64,000 bases of DNA from an uncultured virus (IMG/VR IMGVR_UViG_3300037258_000725) (taxonomy: Duplodnaviria > Heunggongvirae > Uroviricota > Caudoviricetes). Position 1 is the first letter of the stretch, and every line of letters starts with the position of its first letter. The notes below the pieces were generated by a model. The model saw only the letters and a program-made list of their open reading frames with translations, made no database searches and was not told the origin of the DNA. A program made the position numbers and the translations under genes. Location of the stretch: the IMG/VR virus record IMGVR_UViG_3300037258_000725; one strand, given 5' to 3'. This document shows positions 38,000 through 46,583 of this stretch, piece by piece.

Positions 38000-38595
38000 T
38001 AGAGGGCGGTTTCAGGGAGCTTGTCAATTGTTTTTGGCACACGCCGGGCCTCGGTGGGTCCCCGCTGCCACTGGTAGCTGGACCTGAGGGCAGGTGAGCC
38101 ATAGGGGTTGCGGGCCTGGCTGGTTAGCTGGATGAAGCAGATCTGGGCGATCTGCATGCCCGCGGTCAGGTCGATGGTGTACGGGCTCACATTCACTAGC
38201 TCCAGGGTGATCTCCCCCTGAAACCCAGGGTCGATAAACCCGGCCGTGTGCGGCAGCAGGCCCAGCCGGCCCAGGGAAGACTTGCCTTCCACGTAGGCGG
38301 CCACCTCATCGGAGACGGTGATCCACTCCATGGTGGAGCCCAGCACGAACTGGCGTGGCCGCAGCGGGAACACCTGGCCTTCAGCCAGGGTCACCAGCCT
38401 GGTCGAGGGCAGGTCCCCGGCCAGGGGGTTGATGTGCTTGCGTCGGTGCCACCAGTGGGGCCGGGGGAAGATCCGGAGCTCATGGCTGAGCCGAACGTCG
38501 ATGCTGGAGGGCTGGAGGCAGTCCTCCCCAACCGGGCCGACCCACAGCCGCCCGGATTCCATTCCGGCAGTGATCTCATTGTCCGCAAGGAGCAT
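37999..38595 (-). CDS. dcd: dCTP deaminase
   Basis: 'QPSSIDVRL', 'EGKSSLGRLGL', 'TAGFIDPGFQGEITLEL', 'YGS...Y..Q.GPT'. Confidence 0.93.
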   Translation of the reverse strand: MLLADNEITAGMESGRLWVGPVGEDCLQPSSIDVRLSHELRIFPRPHWWHRRKHINPLAGDLPSTRLVTLAEGQVFPLRPRQFVLGSTMEWITVSDEVAAYVEGKSSLGRLGLLPHTAGFIDPGFQGEITLELVNVSPYTIDLTAGMQIAQICFIQLTSQARNPYGSPALRSSYQWQRGPTEARRVPKTIDKLPETAL

Positions 38596-38649
38596 GCCAG
38601 AATGCTAGATGCCAGCCAGCCCTGGGCTGACTAGAACACGCCCAGCAGG

Positions 38650-38726
38650 GCCCGCAGAGAGGTTTGCCTGAATCTCTGACATCAGGACCGACCGAGGAAG
38701 CCTCGCGGAGAAGGGGATTCTCCGAC
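38650..38726 (+). CRISPR. Mini-array: 2 repeats, 20-nt spacer
   Basis: GCCCG-CAGAGA-12 nt-TCTCTG-AC, ATCAGGACCGACCGAGGAAG, CCTCG-CGGAGA-AGGGGAT-TCTCCG-AC. Confidence 0.8.
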
Positions 38727-38738
38727 AGTTTAGCCGGA

Positions 38739-38779
38739 ATTGCAGAAGCCCCTGACACCTGTTCAGGGGCTTCTGCAAT
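38739..38779. terminator. 17-bp hairpin
   Basis: ATTGCAGAAGCCCCTGA-7 nt-TCAGGGGCTTCTGCAAT. Confidence 0.6.
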
Positions 38780-38797
38780 GGGCCGCTCACAATTTCG

Positions 38798-38871
38798 TAG
38801 CGGAGGCAGGATTTGAACCTGCGACCTCTGGGTTATGAGCCCAGCGGGCTACCGAACTGCCCCACTCCGCG
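38798..38871 (-). tRNA. tRNA-fMet(CAT), initiator
   Basis: Cloverleaf; unpaired C1, GGG/CCC anticodon stem. Confidence 0.9.
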
Positions 38872-38875
38872 GCTT

Positions 38876-39115
38876 TCAGCATACCAGGCGGCGGGCCATG
38901 GCAGGGCTACTCAGCGGATTTGACTGCTGACCGGCTGTGATCCCGCTGGGCGGGGCGAAGCAGGGCGGCTGGATGTTGCTGGCCAGGGACAGCCACAGCA
39001 CCAGGGCCATGGCCGCCACGGCAGCGAACGCGAACAGGAGCCGGGCCGCAGCGGGCAGCCTGCCAGGACGCCGGGCAGGGATCTGGGCCGTGTAGGCAGG
39101 GTCTGGGATTCTCAT
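38876..39115 (-). CDS. Small membrane protein
   Basis: One TM; ATGA overlap. Confidence 0.45.
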   Translation of the reverse strand: MRIPDPAYTAQIPARRPGRLPAAARLLFAFAAVAAMALVLWLSLASNIQPPCFAPPSGITAGQQSNPLSSPAMARRLVC

Positions 39116-39966
39116 GGGGCAGGCCTCGGGTGCGGGACTGGGTGGCTGGTGATGAGCGGGACTGGCTCTGGCTGGTGCACATGCACACTGAGCACCCTCC
39201 AGCCCGTTACTATCACGCCTGCCAGTATGGCGGTGGCGGTACTGATGCTCAGCATGGCTCGCCGGGCAGGTGGCGGCAGCTTGTGCAGGCCGATGGCGGT
39301 CAGGACCACGGCGGCGGCCACCACCCCCTCCACCGGGTACAGATACAGCACCTTGCCCTGACTGGCGTCCACGGCAGGGATGGCCAGCAGGACCGAGACC
39401 GCATACAGCACCCAGGACAGGGTTGGCTCATCACCTTCCCAGTAGGTCTTGTGCGCGGTCAGCCAGGCTGCGGTCAGGTCCACGCTCACGGCCAGGATGA
39501 TGGTCCAGGTGCTGCCATTGGGCACCAGCAGGAGGGCCACCAGTGCCACGGCAACCCCGGCCAGGGTGAGCAGGAGGGCCCAGTTGACCCCGGCCGTGGC
39601 CCAGCAGGCCACCCGCTGGTACCCATGGCGGGACCGGGGCCGCTTGTGGCGGACATCGAAACCGCCCGTGCCATGCCTGATGGACAGGATGGCGATGGTG
39701 GTGCAGCCAATGGCCTCCCCCACGTACACAGTGATGGAGGCCCCGGCGTGGTGGCGGTACTCAGCCAGCGCGAGCTCCACGTACAGCACCGAGAAGATGA
39801 ACCAGGATGCCCGCTCAGGCCGGGCCTTGCCCTGGACCACGCTGCCGACGTAAGGCACGAAGGACAGCAGATTGACCAGGCCAGAGGCACCCCCCCAGGC
39901 GATGGCTGTGGTGAGCAGTGGTGCCAGGTAGACCAGTTGGCTAACTGGGCCCCATTTACCACCCAT
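39112..39966 (-). CDS. Multi-pass membrane protein
   Basis: About 7-8 TM segments; 'PY...V..G.ARP..ASW.I' and 'T..KTY...EP..SW' repeats. Confidence 0.7.
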   Translation of the reverse strand: MGGKWGPVSQLVYLAPLLTTAIAWGGASGLVNLLSFVPYVGSVVQGKARPERASWFIFSVLYVELALAEYRHHAGASITVYVGEAIGCTTIAILSIRHGTGGFDVRHKRPRSRHGYQRVACWATAGVNWALLLTLAGVAVALVALLLVPNGSTWTIILAVSVDLTAAWLTAHKTYWEGDEPTLSWVLYAVSVLLAIPAVDASQGKVLYLYPVEGVVAAAVVLTAIGLHKLPPPARRAMLSISTATAILAGVIVTGWRVLSVHVHQPEPVPLITSHPVPHPRPAP

Positions 39967-39978
39967 GGGTCTCCGGAG

Positions 39979-40953
39979 TCAGGCTTTGACCTCGGCCCAG
40001 CGCTGCCAGTGCCCCCGGGTGGCCCCTTCCCACTCAGGCAGGGCCAGGCTGGCCAGGGCGTTGGTGTCCCCGTTGGGCACGGCTTGCTCGGGGAGGGTCA
40101 GGTACTTGGCAGCGAACCAGGCCCCTGCTGTGTAGTCGGCGGGGGCGATCTCCTCCACCAGGCCCACCAGGATGGCCTCATACGCCACCCCGCGGCGCTG
40201 GCCAATCGCTGCCACTGACCGGGCCAGGGCATGCCGCCGTGGGTCATCTCCAGGCTTCACCCTGCCGAACTGGGAGCGGCCAGGGCCGGAATGGCCAGTG
40301 CCCTCCATCATCAGGCAGGGCCTGATGGCACGCTCCTCAGCCATGGGGATGCCGATGGCGATGCCAGCCCACACCTGCGCAGCCCTGGCCGTGGCCGGGA
40401 CCTCCAGCTTGGCCTGGGCGCAATGCACGAAGGCCCCGGGCTTGACCGGGAAGTGCCCCACGGCTGGGTCACTGGGGCCCAGCAGGGTCCGGCCCGCCTG
40501 AACCAGCGGCTCGAGACTGAAGACGGGGGTATGGCCCATCAGGAACAGGGCCCTGGACTTGGCCGGGTCATCCAGGTCGGGGTGGCGGGCGAAGTCCAGG
40601 CCCCAGATCCGGGCATAGTCCTCAGTGCCGCAGAAGGAGGAGACCGGGGAGACATTGATGCCTCCAGTGCCAGCCTTCCGCTCCGCCTCATCGAATGCGG
40701 TGATGCCGTCGAGTTCCTCACCTGAGTTGCCTTTTACCGAAGCGGCCCCGGCCACGAAGGTGAGCACATGAGCTCCCATTGGCGCGGCGGCCCCGCCACA
40801 GTAGTCAGGCCAGGGTGAAATCATCGATCCGGCCTCGGCTACGCCCAGCCGGGCCTGGGAGGCCAGGGGCGGAATCAGGGTGCTGTCGGGGTCAAGGGTG
40901 AGGGTGAATGGGTCAGCGGTGCGGGCCGTAGTCATGACGGCAGGATAGGTCAC
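39979..40953 (-). CDS. hdcA: Pyruvoyl-dependent histidine decarboxylase homolog (proenzyme)
   Basis: End-to-end similarity to recalled Lactobacillus HdcA: 'ISP', 'LDGI.AFD.AE', 'IN...SSF.G' cleavage site, 'PGAFV.CA', 'VWAGIAI', 'MMEG.G', 'YLTLP...P', 'LPEW'. Confidence 0.8.
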   Translation of the reverse strand: MTYPAVMTTARTADPFTLTLDPDSTLIPPLASQARLGVAEAGSMISPWPDYCGGAAAPMGAHVLTFVAGAASVKGNSGEELDGITAFDEAERKAGTGGINVSPVSSFCGTEDYARIWGLDFARHPDLDDPAKSRALFLMGHTPVFSLEPLVQAGRTLLGPSDPAVGHFPVKPGAFVHCAQAKLEVPATARAAQVWAGIAIGIPMAEERAIRPCLMMEGTGHSGPGRSQFGRVKPGDDPRRHALARSVAAIGQRRGVAYEAILVGLVEEIAPADYTAGAWFAAKYLTLPEQAVPNGDTNALASLALPEWEGATRGHWQRWAEVKA

Positions 40954-41079
40954 TATGGTTCACACTGCCACAACCATGCCGCAACTGGCATTCATGGCCT
41001 CAGGGCATGACACAGGGCAACTTGCTTGCGGCCAGGGCGGCGCGACTTTCAGCCGGTGAGGCCGGTAGCATCTCCTTGC

Positions 41080-41307
41080 ATGACGATCAGGCAGCCCCAG
41101 GCCCCGGCCTTCAGGCCATGGGACCGGGTTCAACTCAAGACCACTGATGAGGTTCAGGGAACCGTCACCCAGACCGAGCCGGACGGCAGGTTCAGTGTGC
41201 GTTTCGACGGCTCCAGGGACCCCTCAGGCCGCCGCAAGCCAGGCGGGCTCTACCACTACCCCTGGCACTGCGCTGAGGGCTTCACGATCACCCACGGCTC
41301 CAGGTAG
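41080..41307 (+). CDS. Small SH3-like hypothetical protein
   Basis: 'F.PWDRV....GTV......VRFD'. Confidence 0.4.
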   Translation: MTIRQPQAPAFRPWDRVQLKTTDEVQGTVTQTEPDGRFSVRFDGSRDPSGRRKPGGLYHYPWHCAEGFTITHGSR

Positions 41308-41790
41308 CTACTCCTGGCGGGGCCGGCGGTAGCCCCTGATCTCCCACCGTCGCCGGGGGCTGAATGTCCTGGACTCATAGCGGGCCTGGGTCTTGACCGC
41401 ATCAGCGATGGCGGCCCGGTGCTGTTCCCCGTGGCCCGGGTAGTCCGGGCAGCCGGTGAGGCTGGCCAGCTTGTGGGCCATCACCTTGCCGCAGCCGCGG
41501 CACCTGACCTCGTGGTAACAGGCCCAGCGGGCCCCTTCCCAGCGCTTGAGCTCACGGTGGAAGTCGGCCACCCACTTGCACTGCCACGAGCCATCCCGGC
41601 GTTCGGCTACGCCCTCATGGGGGCCATGGAGCTTCTTGCAGAAGGCCTTCCGGTCATGCTTCCCGCGGCCATGCCTGACTGGCCCTAGCTCAGCCTCAAC
41701 GGCAGCCCGGTCCAGATCTGACCGGGCTGGCTGGGAGTCCCCCCAGTCCCACCGTGATGCCCTGCCATGCCGCACATGCTGGCCAGGCAC
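41308..41790 (-). CDS. Cys/His-rich hypothetical protein
   Basis: Several C/H motifs. Confidence 0.45.
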   Translation of the reverse strand: MPGQHVRHGRASRWDWGDSQPARSDLDRAAVEAELGPVRHGRGKHDRKAFCKKLHGPHEGVAERRDGSWQCKWVADFHRELKRWEGARWACYHEVRCRGCGKVMAHKLASLTGCPDYPGHGEQHRAAIADAVKTQARYESRTFSPRRRWEIRGYRRPRQE

Positions 41791-41843
41791 AAGTCCCCCC
41801 TTGAGTCACTGAATGAGCTCATCCAGATCTTAATGAGCCAGGG

Positions 41844-42185
41844 TTATGGCCGCTCGCTGAACCGGCGTGTTGCCCTGATGTTGGCCCTGTCCTGGGCGGC
41901 TTCTGCCCTGATCCGGGGCTGCCCATACCTGGCTGCCCCAGCCCGTACCACCCGGCCATTCCCGCAGCCGCACATGCGGAACATCCAGTTGAAAAAGCGG
42001 TTATAGATGCGGCCTGTGCCGTTGCAGGGCCCATGGTTGTGCCGAGGGTGGGTGACACACAGGATGCGGTAGCCCACACCAGCCATGAAGGCCCAGCAGA
42101 ACTCGCCCAGGATGCCCCAGCGGGACCAGATGATGACCGTGATGATCAGGCCCATGATGCTGGCCGCCAGTCTCCCCATGGCCAT
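41844..42185 (-). CDS. Membrane protein with C-terminal Zn-finger-like motif
   Basis: 2 TM segments then 'CNGTG...C.CGNGR..R.GA'. Confidence 0.55.
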   Translation of the reverse strand: MAMGRLAASIMGLIITVIIWSRWGILGEFCWAFMAGVGYRILCVTHPRHNHGPCNGTGRIYNRFFNWMFRMCGCGNGRVVRAGAARYGQPRIRAEAAQDRANIRATRRFSERP

Positions 42186-42409
42186 GACGATACGCCGGAC
42201 TGCACAAGCGTGAATACCTCTGCTGGCCTGACCCGATTCGAACGGGCGATCTTGCGCTTAGGAGGCGCCTGCTCTGTCCTGGCTGAGCTACAGGCCATCG
42301 GAATGGCAACTGGAGGCCCCTGCTCTGACCGGGGGGCCTCCAGTGCCTGGGGGACCAACCGGAGTTAACGGACTCTGCTGGTCACCTCGACATGAAGTGT
42401 TGCACAATC

Positions 42410-42485
42410 TGGAGGCCGCGGCGGGAATTGAACCCGCGCACACTTGCTTTGCAGGCAAGCACCTTAGCCATTCGGTCACGCGGCC
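42410..42485 (-). tRNA. tRNA-Cys(GCA)
   Basis: Cloverleaf, encoded CCA. Confidence 0.9.
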
Positions 42486-42554
42486 AGGCAGGGCAGGCTG
42501 ACAGCCGCGCGTCCGCGGTCCAGTAGCGCTGTACGGACTCCCACCGTAATGCCC

Positions 42555-42631
42555 TGGTGCCCTCGGTCGGATTCGAACCGACGACCCCCTGCTCCGGAGG
42601 CAGGTGCGCTATCCAACTGCGCTACGAGGAC
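42555..42631 (-). tRNA. tRNA-Arg(CCG)
   Basis: Cloverleaf, encoded CCA. Confidence 0.9.
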
Positions 42632-42855
42632 AGGTCTTGCTGGCCAGGCCCAAGGGCCTGGTTGATCTTTGACCAGGTGCCGATGATGTCCCTGGCCACT
42701 CCCGGGGGGAGCTCAGTGACCTCTCCCACCTCGACGGGCACCCCGTGCTGGTCTTCAACCTGCCGCATGGTGCCAGCCAGGACCTCCTGGGCCACGGCTG
42801 AGTTGGGGGCCTCCACGAAACCCCACATCTGCGCTCGGTAGAACGGCATGGTCAC
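42622..42855 (-). CDS. Hypothetical protein between tRNAs
   Basis: Fills the inter-tRNA gap. Confidence 0.4.
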   Translation of the reverse strand: MTMPFYRAQMWGFVEAPNSAVAQEVLAGTMRQVEDQHGVPVEVGEVTELPPGVARDIIGTWSKINQALGPGQQDLSS

Positions 42856-42864
42856 TCATCGTAG

Positions 42865-42950
42865 TGGTGCCAGGTGCTGGGTTCGAACCAGCGTAGGACA
42901 AGCCGGCGGTTTTACAGACCGCTCCCTTTGACCAACTCGGGCAACCTGGC
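42865..42950 (-). tRNA. tRNA-Tyr(GTA)
   Basis: Cloverleaf with long variable arm, CCA. Confidence 0.9.
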
Positions 42951-42958
42951 TTGAGGGG

Positions 42959-43033
42959 TGCCGGGGGGCGGATTCGATACCGCCATCTCTATCCCGTTAT
43001 ATAGGGTTGCCTCTGCTGTTGGGCTACCCCGGC
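42959..43033 (-). tRNA. Atypical/pseudo tRNA, anticodon ambiguous (ATA or TAT)
   Basis: Intact GCCGGGG/CCCCGGC acceptor and T stem; irregular anticodon arm (loop TATATAAC) and 8-nt T loop. Confidence 0.5.
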
Positions 43034-43037
43034 ACAG

Positions 43038-43112
43038 GGTGAGTGATGGGACTCGAACCCACGGCATCCAGGACCACAACCTGGCGCTCTAACCAACTGA
43101 GCTACACCCACC
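43038..43112 (-). tRNA. tRNA-His(GTG)
   Basis: Cloverleaf with G-1:C73. Confidence 0.9.
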
Positions 43113-43132
43113 ATGATCTACACTCCCAGTCC

Positions 43133-43381
43133 ATGACCGGAGCGCAGAAGCTATGCACCTGCGGGCACCCTGAGAGCCCGCACATCCTGGTCTGCTACGA
43201 CAAGGGCAACCCGTTCATGGGCGGGCTGATGTTCTGCCAGGAGCTCGCCACCTGCCGGTGTGTCCACACCTGGGGACCTGAGGCTGGCGGAGTCCCGCTC
43301 AACCCTGATGCGGACATTATGCCCCCACCTTCAGTCATTGAGGAGTGGCGTCAGGCCCTGCTGGAGGAGCGGCAGGGCTGA
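43133..43381 (+). CDS. Small Cys-rich hypothetical protein
   Basis: 'CTCGHP...H...C....C.C'. Confidence 0.45.
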   Translation: MTGAQKLCTCGHPESPHILVCYDKGNPFMGGLMFCQELATCRCVHTWGPEAGGVPLNPDADIMPPPSVIEEWRQALLEERQG

Positions 43382-43545
43382 GCTACACGAAGTACCACCA
43401 GTGCTCTCCCTGGAGCCTGATACCAGTGATCAGGATGCCCGCAGGGCCAGATCCACCAGACTCAACACCACTCTCAGAGTTGCCAGCGCTGAAGGCATTG
43501 CCGCGCTTGTCCATGGAGCTCTCCTGCCTGCTGGACTGCTGAACG

Positions 43546-43617
43546 TGGGCGATGATGGGATCGAACCATCGGCTTCTTCGGTGTGAACGAAGCACTCTGC
43601 CGCTGAGTTAATCGCCC
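43546..43617 (-). tRNA. tRNA-Val(CAC)
   Basis: Cloverleaf. Confidence 0.9.
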
Positions 43618-43785
43618 TGGGGTGGCGGAGCGCCGTGCCCGTGCCCTGGGTACCTTCAGGGCCGGTGCATCGCATTGGGCCGCTTACCGCCCCACCCAGC
43701 GTCCCGGGTGGCCGGGTTGATTCCCGGTACGGTCGCACCTACTTATCAGTATCCAGCTTTCCCAGAACCCGTGCGGGTCAAGCCT

Positions 43786-43956
43786 TCACCTGTCCTCCTG
43801 CTGGTCGCGGATCTCACGCCGCCCCGACCGGCGCTCCTTCTTGTGATACCGGCGCTTGGCTTTCCGCAGTACACCAGCCTGCCAGTGGAGCACATGCCGC
43901 CAGCCGGTAAAGACATCCTGCTCAGGAAAGCCCTGCAAGATCCGCTTGGTTGCCAC
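43786..43956 (-). CDS. 56-aa basic protein (below the ORF-track cutoff)
   Basis: MATKRILQGFPEQDVFTGWRHVLHW...KAKRRYHKKERR read from the sequence. Confidence 0.5.
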   Translation of the reverse strand: MATKRILQGFPEQDVFTGWRHVLHWQAGVLRKAKRRYHKKERRSGRREIRDQQEDR

Positions 43957-43957
43957 G

Positions 43958-44030
43958 CGCGCCCAGAGGGACTCGAACCCCCAGCCCTCTGATCCGTAAT
44001 CAGAAGCTCTATCCGTTGAGCTATGGGCGC
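43958..44030 (-). tRNA. tRNA-Arg(ACG)
   Basis: Cloverleaf. Confidence 0.9.
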
Positions 44031-44038
44031 TTGGTTAA

Positions 44039-44596
44039 TCAGGTTCCGTCGTCTTCGCCGTCGTCATCCTCCTCATGGCCCACCTGGTTGATGAGCTCCA
44101 TGACCTCGATGTAAAGCTGGTCTGGGAATGGCACGAACTGAATCCTGCTCAGGGCCTGGTCCTGCCCGGCTGACTCAAGAATCCAGGTAGCATAGCGCAG
44201 CCTCTTGGCCACCCAGGACTGGTCCACCCCCATGTCCGTCACCCTGTTAATGGGCATCAGCCTGACCCGTGCGCCAAAGACCCCACCCACCTCGATGAAC
44301 TTGAACGGGGTGATGGTGAAGTAGGTCACCATCCAGTTCAGGATCTTCCAGGTGGCCCTCAGGGCCAGCAGGACCCAGCCAATCCAGATCAGGTCCACCA
44401 GCACTGTGGCCCCGTTGGCCACTGCGGCAGCAGTCAGCACGCAGGCCACGATGAAGCCCAGCACGGCCGACCCGACTGGGCCCACCAGGGAGATCGGGTG
44501 GTACCTGACCACCGCAATGGGCGGGATCTCCGCATGGGTCAGCCATCTGACCACCTTGGCTGGCACCAGGTTGTCTTTGGGGATGGTGGCTGGCAT
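44039..44596 (-). CDS. Bacterial PH-domain (bPH_2) membrane protein
   Basis: 2 TM segments, 'W....F.IT...G......MP..RVTD...Q.......Y....ESAGQDQAL'. Confidence 0.8.
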   Translation of the reverse strand: MPATIPKDNLVPAKVVRWLTHAEIPPIAVVRYHPISLVGPVGSAVLGFIVACVLTAAAVANGATVLVDLIWIGWVLLALRATWKILNWMVTYFTITPFKFIEVGGVFGARVRLMPINRVTDMGVDQSWVAKRLRYATWILESAGQDQALSRIQFVPFPDQLYIEVMELINQVGHEEDDDGEDDGT

Positions 44597-44614
44597 GGCA
44601 TAACCATAACGCTG

Positions 44615-44687
44615 TGGGCGATGAGAGACTTGAACTCCCGGCCTCCTCCGTGTCAGGAAGGCGCTCTCCCAACTGAGCTAACCGCCC
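44615..44687 (-). tRNA. tRNA-Val(GAC)
   Basis: Cloverleaf. Confidence 0.9.
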
Positions 44688-44731
44688 AGGTGGGGGGAGC
44701 ACTGCCGGTGTTTCAGGCTGCCTACCCCCCG

Positions 44732-44806
44732 CGGTCCTGACGGGATTTGAACCCGCGGCCTGCACCTTGACAGGGTGCCGAGCACTCCAGGCTGCTCTAC
44801 AGGACC
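44732..44806 (-). tRNA. tRNA-Asp(GTC)
   Basis: Cloverleaf. Confidence 0.9.
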
Positions 44807-44830
44807 ATGTAATGGTGTTACGTTCAGTTC

Positions 44831-45130
44831 ATGCTAGTTGCCGAGACGGTCTTCGAGTGGCTGATGCTCGGCATCGGTGCCGCTGCCCTGGCCTTCCTGG
44901 GCGTCTGGGCGGTCTTTAACGCGGCCCTGGCTGTCGTGGAGCACCACAGGGTCCGCACCGGCTACAGGTGGATGCGCCTGCCTGACGGCAGCTTCGGCCC
45001 GGTCCGCAAGCCCCCGCCAGCCCGGCGCAGTGTCCAGGTGGTGGTGTTCGGCGTCAGCCGGGTCACGCCGCCACCAAGTGCACCGTCATCGTCAGCATCG
45101 ACGTGGACATCATACTGGGACCGAGAATAG
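44831..45130 (+). CDS. Small membrane protein
   Basis: N-terminal TM segment. Confidence 0.4.
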   Translation: MLVAETVFEWLMLGIGAAALAFLGVWAVFNAALAVVEHHRVRTGYRWMRLPDGSFGPVRKPPPARRSVQVVVFGVSRVTPPPSAPSSSASTWTSYWDRE

Positions 45131-45428
45131 GGGCTCCCAGGGTGGCGCCATATCACAATGGCGTTAAAACGTGCTACCTTGTGCCTCATGTTTGCCGTGC
45201 TGAACGCCGTTCTCGTCGTCATTGCCGGCGGGGCCTACACCTACCTGGCCAGGTTCATGACCCAGCACCCTCACCCCGCTGAGGGCCCACGGCCAGCCCC
45301 GGAGCGTGAGCTCAGCCTGGCCCGGCTGTGAGTGGCTTCTTTGTGATCCTCGGCGTGGCCGTGGTTCTGGCTGGCCTGGCCCTGCTTGGGGCCATCCTGG
45401 ACTGGCTGAGCAGGCCAGCCAGGTAGAG

Positions 45429-45501
45429 CTCCCGCATTTGGACTCGAACCAAAAACCTGCCGGTTAACAGCCGGACGCTCTGCCTATTGAGCTATGCGGG
45501 A
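45429..45501 (-). tRNA. tRNA-Asn(GTT)
   Basis: Cloverleaf. Confidence 0.9.
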
Positions 45502-45502
45502 T

Positions 45503-45578
45503 TGGTTCCCCCAACGAGATTCGAACTCGCGCCGACGCCTTGAAAGGGCGTTGTCCTGGGCCACTAGACGATGGGGGA
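45503..45578 (-). tRNA. tRNA-Glu(TTC)
   Basis: Cloverleaf, CCA. Confidence 0.9.
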
Positions 45579-45579
45579 A

Positions 45580-45655
45580 TGGTAGCCGGTACGAGATTTG
45601 AACTCGCGCCGCCGCCTTGAGAGGGCGGTGTCCTGGGCCACTAGACGAACCGGCC
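45580..45655 (-). tRNA. tRNA-Glu(CTC)
   Basis: Cloverleaf, CCA. Confidence 0.9.
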
Positions 45656-45667
45656 ATTGGTGGTGCG

Positions 45668-45741
45668 TGCGCCTGGAGGGATTCGAACCCCCGGCCGACT
45701 GCTTAGAAGGCAGTAGCTCTATCCGACTGAGCTACAGGCGC
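45668..45741 (-). tRNA. tRNA-Arg(TCT)
   Basis: Cloverleaf. Confidence 0.9.
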
Positions 45742-45750
45742 TTGACAGAG

Positions 45751-45822
45751 TGGGCCGCCAGGGGCTCGAACCCTGAACCCGAAGATTAAAAGTCTCCTGC
45801 TCTGCCATTGAGCTAACGGCCC
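45751..45822 (-). tRNA. tRNA-Lys(TTT)
   Basis: Cloverleaf. Confidence 0.9.
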
Positions 45823-45874
45823 GTGGTGGTTTATGGGCCGCGCGTTTACTGGTCATTGGTTCTCCCCGAGCGTA

Positions 45875-45959
45875 GTCGGAGATGTCTTCTCCGCGAGTGT
45901 GCGCCTGCCAGATGACTGCTTCTGGCCATGAGCGTTTCCGGAGATACCTCTCCATGGGT
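45875..45959 (-). CRISPR. One intact (45875-45898) and one degenerate (45937-45959) repeat within the tRNA operon
   Basis: ACTCG-CGGAGA-AGACA-TCTCCG-AC; the degenerate copy ACCCA-TGGAGA-GGTA-TCTCCG-GA keeps ACC/GGT complementarity. Confidence 0.6.
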
Positions 45960-46060
45960 GCAGTGTGGTAGTCTCGCCGTTGCGCACCTGGCGTGGGCCA
46001 CGAGCCCGACCGGCATAGCCAACGGGGTGGAGTGATACTCCCTGCCAGGTGTGTTTTGCG

Positions 46061-46134
46061 TAGCGGTGACGGGACTTGAACCTGTGACCTGCGGATTATG
46101 AGTCCGCTGCTCTATCCGACTGAGCTACACCGCC
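46061..46134 (-). tRNA. tRNA-Met(CAT), elongator (Ile2 not excluded)
   Basis: Cloverleaf. Confidence 0.85.
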
Positions 46135-46135
46135 G

Positions 46136-46209
46136 TGGGCCTAGATGGACTTGAACCATCGCCCTCTGCCTTATCAGGACAGCGCTCTAACCTTCTGAGC
46201 TACAGGCCC
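46136..46209 (-). tRNA. tRNA-Ile(GAT)
   Basis: Cloverleaf. Confidence 0.9.
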
Positions 46210-46220
46210 GGGGGGCCCAG

Positions 46221-46445
46221 CTAATGCCGGGCCCAGTTCTGGTAGGCACGCCAGCTTCGCGCGGCGGCCTGGTCTTCCTCGATCATCTGGTGCTGTTCCT
46301 GCACCCGCTTGAGGTGCTTGCCCTGCCGCTTGGCTGCGGCCAGGATCTTAGTGTTCCGCTTGGTGGATGCCACGTTATAGGTGGCGTACATCATGACACC
46401 CCAGAGGCGTCGTTCTTCAGCTACCCATTCCTGATCACGACTCAT
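46221..46445 (-). CDS. Small hypothetical protein
   Basis: Fills the inter-tRNA gap. Confidence 0.4.
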   Translation of the reverse strand: MSRDQEWVAEERRLWGVMMYATYNVASTKRNTKILAAAKRQGKHLKRVQEQHQMIEEDQAAARSWRAYQNWARH

Positions 46446-46497
46446 TTCCAGCCCAGCTAACGTGTGGGCGGCCCGGTGAGATGGATATTGCCGTGCG

Positions 46498-46583
46498 CGG
46501 CGGGGGTGAGATTCGAACTCACGGGGCCCATAAGACCCAACTGCTTTCAAGGCAGTCGCACTAGGCCACTATGCGACCCCGCC
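46498..46583 (-). tRNA. tRNA-Ser(TGA)
   Basis: Cloverleaf with long variable arm. Confidence 0.9.
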
